Assembly (NCBI GenBank): GCA_036273095.1
Contig: DATAXF010000008.1
Span: 10,769 to 74,768 of the forward strand
Source: Steroidobacteraceae bacterium
GTDB taxonomy: Bacteria; Pseudomonadota; Gammaproteobacteria; Steroidobacterales; Steroidobacteraceae
Direction of reading: 5' to 3'
Length of the DNA stretch: 64,000 bases
Positions 9,009 through 17,094 of this stretch are shown here, one piece after another. Each line of letters starts with the position of its first letter. Position 1 is the first letter of the stretch. The translations under genes and the position numbers were made by a program. The notes below the pieces were generated by a model. It was not told where the DNA came from and made no database searches. It worked only from the letters and a program-made list of their open reading frames with translations.

Positions 9009-9404
9009 TCAGGCTTGCGGCTGGTCCTGGAGGACTGCGGTCATCTTTATCGACACCAGGACATTCGCAAGCTCTACGCCGAGCCTGGCGACAGCACGTG
9101 CCGGTGGATCGGTCGGAAAGAACTTCGCGTACTCTTCATTCAAGCCAGCGAAGTCACTCGACCTGGCCAACAGTACCTGGACCTCGACGACATTCTCGAG
9201 GGTTGCGCCCGCAGCGCGCAAAATCCTGTCGCAGTTGACGAGCGCCTGACGGGTTTGCTCCTGGATCGTCGCGCCAGCCGGCTGGTTGGTCTTCGGATCG
9301 AAGCCTACGATGCCCGACACATATATGGTGGGGCCGGCCTTGACTGCCTGGCTGAACAGCGGGGAAACGGGCGCGTCCGACGTTCGGATGATCTGCCTCG
9401 TCAC
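9009..9404 (-). CDS. ridA: RidA/YjgF-family reactive-intermediate deaminase
   Basis: GTG 9404 with GAGGAG 6 nt upstream. YjgF-family body (PLFSQAVKAGPTIYVSGIVGFDP...ARAVARLGVELANVLVSIKMTAV). Confidence 0.85.
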   Translation of the reverse strand: MTRQIIRTSDAPVSPLFSQAVKAGPTIYVSGIVGFDPKTNQPAGATIQEQTRQALVNCDRILRAAGATLENVVEVQVLLARSSDFAGLNEEYAKFFPTDPPARAVARLGVELANVLVSIKMTAVLQDQPQA

Positions 9405-9520
9405 TGGAAACTCCTCAGAAGCTCCATCGACCAGGCGATGATACTCGCGAAACCCCAGTCCGTCCGCCCGTTGGGGGCACCCGCCCGCTCGCGCTTGGCG
9501 CGTTCAGGTGCCCCTATTGA

Positions 9521-10471
9521 CTACGAGCTCGACTCCGGTCGGACTAATCGAGACTGCGCGCCGTAGCGAGGATCGCCGACATCTGCAGATCGGTCGATGC
9601 CCGCAGGCCGCCTGCTCTGCGCGGCTCCGCCGCTCGAGGCGATCGGAACGATGGTGACCGCCATGTCGCTGAGATAGCGGTAGGTCAGCCCGGTTCCCCG
9701 CAGCAGCTGCTCGAGCTCTTGCTCGGGCGTGAAATCGCCGACCGCCCCCTTTGTCCGCCGGTCTCCTACGACTTCCGAGTGATAAATCAGCTGCAAGTCC
9801 CGCGTCCGCGCGAATTCCGCAAGCGCGACGCCGAGAGGCTGCGCCCTGAGGAATGCGACAAGCGCCGCGCTGTCGGTAGCGGAAAACTCGCCGCTCACGT
9901 GATAGAGGTTGTATTGCTCCACCACCTCACTCAGCGGCGCGGAGCTGAACACCAGCTGCTGCCGCGTCCATGCCGTTGCCACGGCAACATCGGCATGAAT
10001 GGGCCGCGGGGAAGCCTGCGGCATCAAATCCGCCTGCTCCCCTGCCGTGATCACCTGCGGCGGCGGAAGCGAAGTTACGGGATTCGGGGCCAACCCCGAG
10101 CGCACGGCCACCCTACCCTCTATGACCGTTACGACCGTATCGGTATGCCGGCGGTACACGTCGAATTCCGTGCCGAGATCGGTGATCTGGGCAGGCCCGC
10201 TATGTACGACAAATGGGCGCGCGGGATTCCTGCTCACCTTGAATAGGGCCTGGCCCTGGAGAAGATCGACTTCGCGCTCCCTGCGGGTGAGCCGCACGCG
10301 GATGCGGGACTGCGCGTTGAGCTCGATCGTCGTGCCATCTGCCAGGCTGATCCAGCGCGTCTCGCCAATCCCTGTCGCATACACTCCTCGATGCCAGTCA
10401 GCCCAGAGGCCAGCGCCGACCGCGACCGCCAACAAGTCCTTGATGCATATGGCGGACGCGCCCAATACCAT
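9521..10471 (-). pseudogene. Relic chimera: FecR-like periplasmic sensor domain fused to an STN (TonB-dependent receptor N-terminal signalling) domain
   Basis: Residues ~20-210 are FecR-like (GETRWISLADGTTIELNAQSRIRV...LLQGQALFKV...PFVV...ITDLGTEFDV...VTVIEGRVAV...AWTRQQLVF). Residues ~213-276 read ALAEFARTRDLQLIYHSEVVGDRRTKGAVGDFTPEQELEQLLRGTGLTYRYLSDMAVTIVP, which is STN-like. There is no anti-sigma N-domain, no plug or barrel, and no ECF sigma gene nearby. Confidence 0.55.
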
Positions 10472-10554
10472 GGTGCAATGGATGGCGCTTCCGATATCTG
10501 GTTTGATGAGGTGAGGGGCGATAGCGCACGCCCGGCTGAGGAGATTCGCAACAC

Positions 10555-10971
10555 ATGAGCAAGCAAGTCAATCTCGCAATCCTGACGAAGTTCGCGGAGG
10601 CGGTGAATACCGGCAGTTTTGATCTCTTCAAGGAGTCGGTATCCCTCGAAAATGTCGAGCACGATCCGGCACGCGGCCAGGTACCGGGGCCTGAAGGCTA
10701 TCGCGCATTTTTCACGGCACTACGCGACGCATTCCCCGATTTGAGCGTAGCGCTGGAAAGCCTGGTCGCAGACGAAGAGTCCATAGCAATCGCCTACACC
10801 ATGAGCGGGACGCAGAAAGGGTCCTACCTGGGAGTTGCCCCGACGGGCAGGAAGATGAAGATCCGCGGAGTGCAGATCTCGAAGTTCAGGGACGGGAAAA
10901 TGATCGAGCGCTGGGGAAGCTCGGATGAGCTGGGCATGCTGCAACAGCTGGGAGCCACGGCGGCATCCTGA
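10555..10971 (+). CDS. SnoaL-like ester cyclase family protein
   Basis: 138 aa. Typical ester-cyclase pattern: FAEAVNTG..., FFTALRDAFPDLSVALESLVADEESIAIAYTMSGTQKGSYLGVAPTGRKMKIRGVQISKFRDGKMIERW. Confidence 0.75.
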   Translation: MSKQVNLAILTKFAEAVNTGSFDLFKESVSLENVEHDPARGQVPGPEGYRAFFTALRDAFPDLSVALESLVADEESIAIAYTMSGTQKGSYLGVAPTGRKMKIRGVQISKFRDGKMIERWGSSDELGMLQQLGATAAS

Positions 10972-10980
10972 TCGTCACGC

Positions 10981-12369
10981 ATGCCGAGGAATTTTGATTC
11001 CATCATCGTCGGCGCCGGTCAAGCCGGGCCTGCGCTTGCCGGGCGGCTTACTCAGTCGGGCCGCAAGGTTGCGATCGTCGAGCGCAAGCTCTTCGGCGGC
11101 ACCTGCGTCAACACCGGATGCATTCCCACCAAGACACTGGTGGCAAGCGCCTATGTCGCCCGAAAAGCGGCTCAGGCCGCCGAATACGGCATAGTCACGC
11201 GGGATGTCTCCGTCGACATGAAGGCGGTGATGGCGCGCAAGGACCGCGTATCCGCCGCCTCCCGCACCAGCGTCGAGACCTGGCTGCGGGAGATGGTGAA
11301 CTGCACTGTCTTCGACGGACACGCGCGCTTCGAATCCGCGCACGGGATGCGTATCGGACAAGAGACCATCTCCGCGGACGAGATCTTTCTCAACGTGGGT
11401 GGGCGGGCGACCGTTCCGGATTTTCCCGGCGTGGACGCCGTCCCCTTCCTGACCAATGTCGGCTTGCTGGGACTGAATACTTTACCGTCGCACCTCATCA
11501 TCGTTGGCGGCAGCTATGTCGGTTTGGAGTTCGCGCAGATCTTTCGCCGTTTCGGCAGTGCGGTCACGATCGTGGAGAAGGCACCACGCCTCGTTTCCCA
11601 CGAGGATGAAGATGTCTCCGCTTCCATCAAGGAGTTTCTCGAGCAGGAAGGAATACGTATCCGGCTGAACGCGGAGTGCATCCGGCTGCAGCGGCATGGC
11701 GCCGAGGTTGCCGTCGCGGTCGATTGCCAGGAAGACCCGTCAAGCACGGTGGGTTCGCACATACTGCTCGCCGTGGGCCGTCGAGCGAATACGGATGACC
11801 TCGGCCTCGAGCGCGCCGGCATACAAACCGACGAGCGCGGCTATCTGCGGGTCGACGATCAGCTGCGCACCAATGTAACGGGGGTCTGGGCGCTGGGCGA
11901 CTGCAACGGCAAAGGCGCGTTTACACACACTTCCTACAACGATTTCGAGATCGTCGCGGCCAATTTGCTCGATCATGATCCGCGGCGGGTAAGCGACAGG
12001 ATCACGGCATACGCGCTTTATACCGATCCTCCGCTTGGCCGCGCCGGCCTGACCGAAAAAGCCGTTCGAGATTCCGGCACACGCGCGCTGATAGGCACAC
12101 GGCCAATGACCAAGGTCGGACGGGCGGTTGAAAAAGGCGAGACTGCGGGTTTCATGAAGATTCTGGTCGATGCCGCGACCAAACAGATCCTGGGAGCCTC
12201 GATTCTCGGACCTGGAGGGGACGAAGCCATCCATGGCATTCTCGACGTTATGTACGCGCGTGCCCCCTATACGGTGCTACAGAGAGCAGTTCACATCCAT
12301 CCCACCGTTTCGGAACTGATCCCGACAGTGCTGGGAGAGCTGAAGCCGCTCAACCCCAGGGAGCTTTGA
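10981..12369 (+). CDS. Class I FAD-dependent pyridine nucleotide-disulfide oxidoreductase (mercuric reductase/RclA-like)
   Basis: GAGQAGP FAD fold, redox-active disulfide GGTCVNTGCIPTK, second Rossmann IVGGSYVGLEFA, and C-terminal dimerisation motif HIHPTVSE. Confidence 0.85.
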   Translation: MPRNFDSIIVGAGQAGPALAGRLTQSGRKVAIVERKLFGGTCVNTGCIPTKTLVASAYVARKAAQAAEYGIVTRDVSVDMKAVMARKDRVSAASRTSVETWLREMVNCTVFDGHARFESAHGMRIGQETISADEIFLNVGGRATVPDFPGVDAVPFLTNVGLLGLNTLPSHLIIVGGSYVGLEFAQIFRRFGSAVTIVEKAPRLVSHEDEDVSASIKEFLEQEGIRIRLNAECIRLQRHGAEVAVAVDCQEDPSSTVGSHILLAVGRRANTDDLGLERAGIQTDERGYLRVDDQLRTNVTGVWALGDCNGKGAFTHTSYNDFEIVAANLLDHDPRRVSDRITAYALYTDPPLGRAGLTEKAVRDSGTRALIGTRPMTKVGRAVEKGETAGFMKILVDAATKQILGASILGPGGDEAIHGILDVMYARAPYTVLQRAVHIHPTVSELIPTVLGELKPLNPREL

Positions 12370-12375
12370 GGGCCA

Positions 12376-13017
12376 TCAACGCCCCCCGCGGATCTGCTCC
12401 AGCGCCTGCATCAATATCGCAATGACGCGGCCCTTCTCCTCGGGGGAGCTGCGACGCTTCTCACGCAGCGCACGCTTCAGCTCGCGACGCACGGTGGCGA
12501 GCTCGCGCCAGTCGGTATCCTCGTCCTCCTCGATGCCGCCCAGCGCCTCGCGCAAACGGCCCATCTTGCGACCAACGTGCTCGAGCTGGCTCAGCATCGC
12601 ATCGGCTGCGTCCTGGTTCTCGACGAGATACGCGCGTCCTGCATCAGTGATGCTGTAGAGCTTCTTGACACCTTCGGCAGTGACGCTCGCATAACCCATC
12701 TCCTCGAGCCAGGTGAGCGCCGGGTAAACCATGCCGGGACTGGGGCTGTAGAAGCCGTCCGAGCGCTCTTCCAGCGCCTTGATCAGTTCGTAGCCGTGGC
12801 TCGCGCGCTCGGCGAGCAACGCGAGCAGCACCAGCTGCAGGTCGCCGGAAGCCAGTCGGCGGCCGGCGCGGAACGCGCGTCCGCCCATGCCCATGCCGTC
12901 CATGAAGCCGCCCGAGAAGTGGCCAAAGCCTCGATGGCCATGCCGGCGACCCATGAAGTGCGCGTGGTCGTCCTGAAAGTGCTCGTGCCGGTCGTGATTA
13001 TGAAAGTGTCGGTGCAT
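12376..13017 (-). CDS. PadR-family transcriptional regulator with His-rich N-terminal extension
   Basis: PadR wHTH: LQLVLLALLAERASHGYELIKALEERSDGFYSPSPGMVYPALTWLEEMGY. ATG 13017 has GGAGAG 5 nt upstream. The ATG at 13041 lacks an SD. Confidence 0.85.
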   Translation of the reverse strand: MHRHFHNHDRHEHFQDDHAHFMGRRHGHRGFGHFSGGFMDGMGMGGRAFRAGRRLASGDLQLVLLALLAERASHGYELIKALEERSDGFYSPSPGMVYPALTWLEEMGYASVTAEGVKKLYSITDAGRAYLVENQDAADAMLSQLEHVGRKMGRLREALGGIEEDEDTDWRELATVRRELKRALREKRRSSPEEKGRVIAILMQALEQIRGGR

Positions 13018-13110
13018 TAGTGCTCTCCGTGTGGTGTTCATAGATATATCTTACGATACGTTTTCAGATAGTCAAGGGGTGTGGCAGCCCCTCCTTGATC
13101 CCTGATGCGT

Positions 13111-13124
13111 GATGCTATAGCATC
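13111..13124. promoter_or_regulatory. 14-bp perfect palindrome upstream of vapB (candidate VapBC operator)
   Basis: GATGCTATAGCATC at 13111-13124, ending 6 nt before the vapB ATG. Flanked by TGATGC direct repeats. Confidence 0.4.
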
Positions 13125-13130
13125 TGATGA

Positions 13131-13370
13131 ATGCGCACCACCCTGGATATCGCGGACGATGTGCTCCAAGCGGCCAGGGAGCGGGCGCGCTATGAGAAGA
13201 AGACGGTGGGCCAGGTGATTTCAGAGCTCGCGCGGCGAGCGCTGACGACCCCGCGAGACGTGGCGGCAAGAGAGCCGAAGGCGGTCTACGGTCTGCGGCC
13301 GTTCGCCCCCGGCGGCAACGTGATAACCAACGCACTTCTCGACAAGCTTCGTGAGGACGATGCCTACTGA
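13131..13370 (+). CDS. vapB: Type II antitoxin, VapB-like
   Basis: 79 aa. MRTTLDIADDVLQAARERARYEKKTVGQVISELARRAL is typical of the small antitoxins found upstream of PIN toxins. Lies 17 nt upstream of a PIN gene. Confidence 0.75.
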   Translation: MRTTLDIADDVLQAARERARYEKKTVGQVISELARRALTTPRDVAAREPKAVYGLRPFAPGGNVITNALLDKLREDDAY

Positions 13371-13387
13371 CACAGGCAGACGGACCA

Positions 13388-13819
13388 GTGCGCGCTCTGC
13401 TTGATATCAACGTACTGATCGCGCTATTCGATCCTGACCATGTCTCGCACGGGCCGGCGATGAACTGGTTTGCAGCGCATGCCAAAGAAGGTTGGGCATC
13501 CTGTCCGCTCACCCAGAACGGGTGCGTGCGCATCATGTCCACTCCGTCGTATCCCAATTTCAAGCCGGTTCAAGCTGTCGTCGAGCGACTGGCGGAGGCA
13601 TGCGCAGAGCGCATCCACGAGCTCTGGCCCGATGCGCCGAGTCTGCTCGACTCTGTGTTCGACGCAACGAGAATCCATGGCCCGCGGCAGGTCACCGACG
13701 TGTACCTGCTCGGCCTCGCCGTGCAGCACCAGGGCCGATTGGTGACGTTCGATGACAGAATTCCCCTTCAGGCCGTCCGCAATGCAACTGCGGTGAATCT
13801 CCTCGTGCTCCAAACCTGA
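13388..13819 (+). CDS. vapC: PIN-domain toxin, VapC-like
   Basis: GTG 13388. N-terminal LLDINVLIALFDPDH (first acidic PIN residue), later ...TDVYLLGLAV...LVTFDDRI. Size and position fit VapC. Confidence 0.8.
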   Translation: MRALLDINVLIALFDPDHVSHGPAMNWFAAHAKEGWASCPLTQNGCVRIMSTPSYPNFKPVQAVVERLAEACAERIHELWPDAPSLLDSVFDATRIHGPRQVTDVYLLGLAVQHQGRLVTFDDRIPLQAVRNATAVNLLVLQT

Positions 13820-13884
13820 CCGACGGGAAGAAAGCGCTCCAACCTGCTAACCTACCAGCCATAGCGTCGCGATTTCTCCGGGGA

Positions 13885-14496
13885 ATGCACGTGTCAAAGT
13901 TGCGATCTGCGGCCAGACGGGCCGCCCTGCTCACCTTCTCCGTGGCATCGATCGTGGCGGGCGGATGCGCGCAGGAGACGCCGCTGCTGAACAAGCCCTT
14001 GGCGTGGACGCCAACCAATACACTCGCCTTGGGTGTCACGCAAAGTCACGGCGCGCCGGCGACGGTCCGGTTCGAGGCCTTCAGCGACACAGCCGCCGAT
14101 CCGGCGCTCGTGGGGGAAAACGTCGAGCACACCCCCACCAGGCAGGTGACCACCGCCGATCCGGTCGGGCCATTCGTCACGCAGCACCTGCAGCAGCTGT
14201 TCGCGCAGGCCGGATACTCCGGCGGCGCGGATGCCGATCGGGTGATCTCGGGCGACGTGCGCAAGTTCTTTGTCAGGGAGGGCAGCGACTACGACGGCAG
14301 CGTCGTACTCGACGTCACCGTCTCCGACCGCAGCGGCAAGGCGCTATGGCACGGCACCGTGTGGGGCACCAACCAAACCTTCGGCCGCTCCTACCATCTC
14401 GACAACTACCAGCAGGTGCTGTCCGATTCGCTGATCGACGCGGCGAACAGCCTGTTGAAGAGCCCCGCGGTACGCGACAGCCTCACACTGAATTAG
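13885..14496 (+). CDS. Hypothetical lipoprotein
   Basis: Signal peptide with lipobox IVAGG-C (AALLTFSVASIVAGGCAQ). Family not recognised with confidence (YajG-like size and layout only). Confidence 0.55.
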   Translation: MHVSKLRSAARRAALLTFSVASIVAGGCAQETPLLNKPLAWTPTNTLALGVTQSHGAPATVRFEAFSDTAADPALVGENVEHTPTRQVTTADPVGPFVTQHLQQLFAQAGYSGGADADRVISGDVRKFFVREGSDYDGSVVLDVTVSDRSGKALWHGTVWGTNQTFGRSYHLDNYQQVLSDSLIDAANSLLKSPAVRDSLTLN

Positions 14497-14497
14497 C

Positions 14498-15142
14498 TCA
14501 GGCGGCCTTTTCGAAGTCCCCGAGCTGGGCATCGAGCGCGCGCCTGAAGGCAGGCCGTGCCGTGCACCGCTCGACGTAAGCGGCGAGGCGCGCGTCGCGG
14601 GAAACGATGTCCGTATTCTTCAGGATCCGAAGCACCGTCGACATCACGAGATCGCCGGCCGTGAACTGCTCGCCGTCGAGGAAAGGCTTGTCGCCGAGGG
14701 ACTTGGAGAGTGCGGCCAGCCGCCGCAGAACGAACTCCACGGCACTCGGCCGGCGCAGCTTCGCCCACTCCTCGTTCGCGTAAATGAAGTCTATCAGCGC
14801 GACGTTCATCACGAAGGGCTCGACCGAGTTGAGCGCCGCGATGACCCACTGTATCGCGCGGGCGCGCGCGCCCGCCTCCCTCGGCAGAAGCGTTTCGCTA
14901 CGCTCGCCGATGTGCAGCACGATGGCTCCGGACTCGAAGAGTACGAGGTCCCCGTCCATCAGAATGGGCACCTGCCCGAAGGGCTGCAGCGCCCGATACT
15001 CGGGCTTGTCCTGGTCGCCCTGCTGCAGCAGTCGCGTCTCGTACGGCAGGCCGGCCTCCTCGAGCGCCCAGCGGGCGCGCAGGTCGCGCACCTGCCCTTT
15101 CGCAACGTCCGGAACCCATCTGAAAGCGGAAATCGTGATCAC
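14498..15142 (-). CDS. Glutathione S-transferase family protein
   Basis: GTG 15142 with GGAGGA 6 nt upstream. GST N-domain LQPFGQVPILMDGDLVLFESGAIVLHI and a helical C-domain. Confidence 0.85.
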   Translation of the reverse strand: MITISAFRWVPDVAKGQVRDLRARWALEEAGLPYETRLLQQGDQDKPEYRALQPFGQVPILMDGDLVLFESGAIVLHIGERSETLLPREAGARARAIQWVIAALNSVEPFVMNVALIDFIYANEEWAKLRRPSAVEFVLRRLAALSKSLGDKPFLDGEQFTAGDLVMSTVLRILKNTDIVSRDARLAAYVERCTARPAFRRALDAQLGDFEKAA

Positions 15143-15367
15143 TTGGCATCCTCCACGACTGAAAGGTCGATCGTCCCCACGCCACGCGGCGCGACGGGCT
15201 CTTGCTTCTGGACGAACCGAGGATAGGAAATTCGACATCGGCATAGTGCTGTCCTAGCTTAACCCCGTTCGCAGCGCTCCAGCGATCAATGCGGGAGTGA
15301 CAAGAATGACCGCCAGCCGCTTAGAATGCGCACCCTGCCTTGAACAACCCACCCGAGGGACGAAGCG

Positions 15368-16171
15368 ATGCGCATCGCGAGCGTCGGTCACCTGCTCTTT
15401 GCGGCGACATTGATCGCCTTTGGAATTTTCGGCCTCGTTCGCGGCGATTTCGCGCCGATATGGGATGTGGTGCCGCAGAATTTCCCCACACGCGAAGGGC
15501 TCGTCTATCTCTGCGCAGCGGTCTCTCTGATATGTGGAACTGGCCTCATCTTTCGGCGCAGCGCTGGCACCACCAGCCGCGTGTTGTTCGCCTACCTCCT
15601 GCTGTGGATGCTGATGTTCAGGCTACCCCTCATCGTGCATGCGCCCTTGGTGGAGGGCAGCTATCAGAATTGGGGTGAGACCGCGGTGTTGGTTGCCGGC
15701 GCCTGGGTGCTCTATGCCTGGTTCGCCGACTCCTGGGACAGGCGGCAACTCGGCTTCGCCACCGGGGACAGGGGCGTACGCCTCGCGACCATCCTCTACG
15801 CCCTGGCGATGATCGCCTTCGGCTTCTCGCACTTCGTCTATCTCAACCTGACCGCGCCGCTCATTCCCAACTGGCTGCCGGGACATGTCGCGTTGGCCTA
15901 CTTCACCGGCGCCGCTTATCTCGCGGCGGGCGTGGCCATGATCATCGGCGTGTATGCACGGCTGGCAGCCGCGCTCTCGGCCCTGCAGATGGGACTGCTC
16001 ACGCTGCTGGTCTGGGTGCCCCTCATGGCGGAGGGACTGATGACCGCCGGCCAGCGCAGCGAGTTCGCAATCTCCTGGGCCCTCACTGCCGCCGGTTGGG
16101 TCGTCGCGGACTCCTATCGCGGCGTGCCATGGCTGGCTGTGGGCATGCGGCGGGAGGCCTCACGCAACTGA
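15368..16171 (+). CDS. Hypothetical integral membrane protein (about 8 TM, DoxX-like appearance)
   Basis: 267 aa, almost entirely hydrophobic helices (LLFAATLIAFGIFGLV..., LVYLCAAVSLICGTGLIF...). Family assignment is tentative. Confidence 0.55.
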   Translation: MRIASVGHLLFAATLIAFGIFGLVRGDFAPIWDVVPQNFPTREGLVYLCAAVSLICGTGLIFRRSAGTTSRVLFAYLLLWMLMFRLPLIVHAPLVEGSYQNWGETAVLVAGAWVLYAWFADSWDRRQLGFATGDRGVRLATILYALAMIAFGFSHFVYLNLTAPLIPNWLPGHVALAYFTGAAYLAAGVAMIIGVYARLAAALSALQMGLLTLLVWVPLMAEGLMTAGQRSEFAISWALTAAGWVVADSYRGVPWLAVGMRREASRN

Positions 16172-16227
16172 ATGGTTGCGTTTTGACGCAAAAGGCTCAT
16201 AATGGAAATACGCAACCAATGGGTTGC
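16172..16227. promoter_or_regulatory. Cluster of ACGCAA/TTGCGT inverted repeats upstream of the SRPBCC-ArsR operon
   Basis: TTGCGT-TTTG-ACGCAA (16176-16191) and GCAACC-AATG-GGTTGC (16212-27). ATGGTTGCGT (16172-81) is also the reverse complement of ACGCAACCA-T (16210-20). Lies 22-77 nt upstream of ATG 16249. Confidence 0.3.
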
Positions 16228-16248
16228 ATTAGGCACAGGACAGCACAA

Positions 16249-16716
16249 ATGAGCCCCGCTTCCGATACCGATTGCATCGAGCGCAGCGTCGTCGTCAAAG
16301 CTCCACGCGAGCGCGTCTGGCGCGCCATTGCCAATGCCGGGGAATTTGGCGCCTGGTTCGGCGTCAACCTCGAGGGTCAGACCTTTTCTCCCGGCCGGCT
16401 CATCCGCGGACCACTCACGATCGCGGGCTACGAGCACGTCATCTGGGAAGTCAGGATCGAGCGGATCGAGCCGCCGAATCTGCTTTCGTACCGCTGGCAT
16501 CCCTATGCGATCGATCCCAAGGTGGACTACACGAAGGAAGAGCCGACACTCGTGACGTTCACGCTGACGGATGCGCCTGGCGATGCGACCTTGCTGACAT
16601 TGGTGGAGTCCGGCTTCGACAAAGTGCCGCCGGAGCGCCGCCTGGAGGCGTTTCGAATGAACGGCCGCGGCTGGAGCGCCCAGATGGACAATATCGCGCG
16701 CCATGTCGCCCGCTAA
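16249..16716 (+). CDS. SRPBCC/AHSA1-domain protein
   Basis: ATG 16249. IERSVVVKAPRERVWRAIANAGEFGAWFG...LLSYRWHP...VTFTL...GWSAQMDNIARHV is typical of the Aha1/SRPBCC proteins that pair with ArsR regulators. Confidence 0.8.
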   Translation: MSPASDTDCIERSVVVKAPRERVWRAIANAGEFGAWFGVNLEGQTFSPGRLIRGPLTIAGYEHVIWEVRIERIEPPNLLSYRWHPYAIDPKVDYTKEEPTLVTFTLTDAPGDATLLTLVESGFDKVPPERRLEAFRMNGRGWSAQMDNIARHVAR

Positions 16717-17050
16717 GCCCGCCAGCGCGCAGTCGAGCCCGGCTCTGGCGCGTGTCTTTGCGGCGCTCGGCGATCCCACCCGGCTGAAGCTCGTCGCCGT
16801 GCTCTGCGCGGGAGGAGCGCTCTCCAGCTCGCAGCTCACCGCAAACACCAACATCAGCCGTCAGGCGGTCACGAAGCACCTTCAGGTGCTGTCGGATGCA
16901 GGCGTGACGCGCGACATGAAGGCCGGGCGCGAGCGGCTGTGGCAGCTCGAGCCGGCGCGGATCGAGGAGGCGAGGCGGACCCTGGAGGTGATCGGCCAGC
17001 AGTGGGAGATCGCCCTCGGCAAGCTCAAGGCATTCGCCGAAACGACCTGA
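16703..17050 (+). CDS. ArsR/SmtB-family transcriptional regulator
   Basis: wHTH: VFAALGDPTRLKLVAVLC...SSSQLTANTNISRQAVTKHLQVLSDAGV. Overlaps the preceding SRPBCC gene by 14 nt. Confidence 0.85.
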   Translation: MSPAKPASAQSSPALARVFAALGDPTRLKLVAVLCAGGALSSSQLTANTNISRQAVTKHLQVLSDAGVTRDMKAGRERLWQLEPARIEEARRTLEVIGQQWEIALGKLKAFAETT

Positions 17051-17060
17051 GCTGCTGACA

Positions 17061-17094
17061 GGCACATGGATGTGCCCCGCCGCCGCAGGTGGCT
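17061..17094 (+). repeat. Partial copy (5' module) of the ~108-bp structured repeat
   Basis: ggcacatggatgtgccccgccgccgcaggtggc matches the heads of the copies at 41137 and 45414 (ggcacaNggacgtgccccgccgccgcaggtggcgg). It lies between the convergent ArsR and GT2 genes and runs into the GT2 stop codon. Confidence 0.55.

Noticed and set aside
13072-13563. 163-aa minus-strand ORF across vapB/vapC, and 16114-16854 across the SRPBCC/ArsR genes.
   Set aside because: They are antisense to well-formed small genes with motifs, and their composition is Arg/Ala/Ser/Pro-rich.
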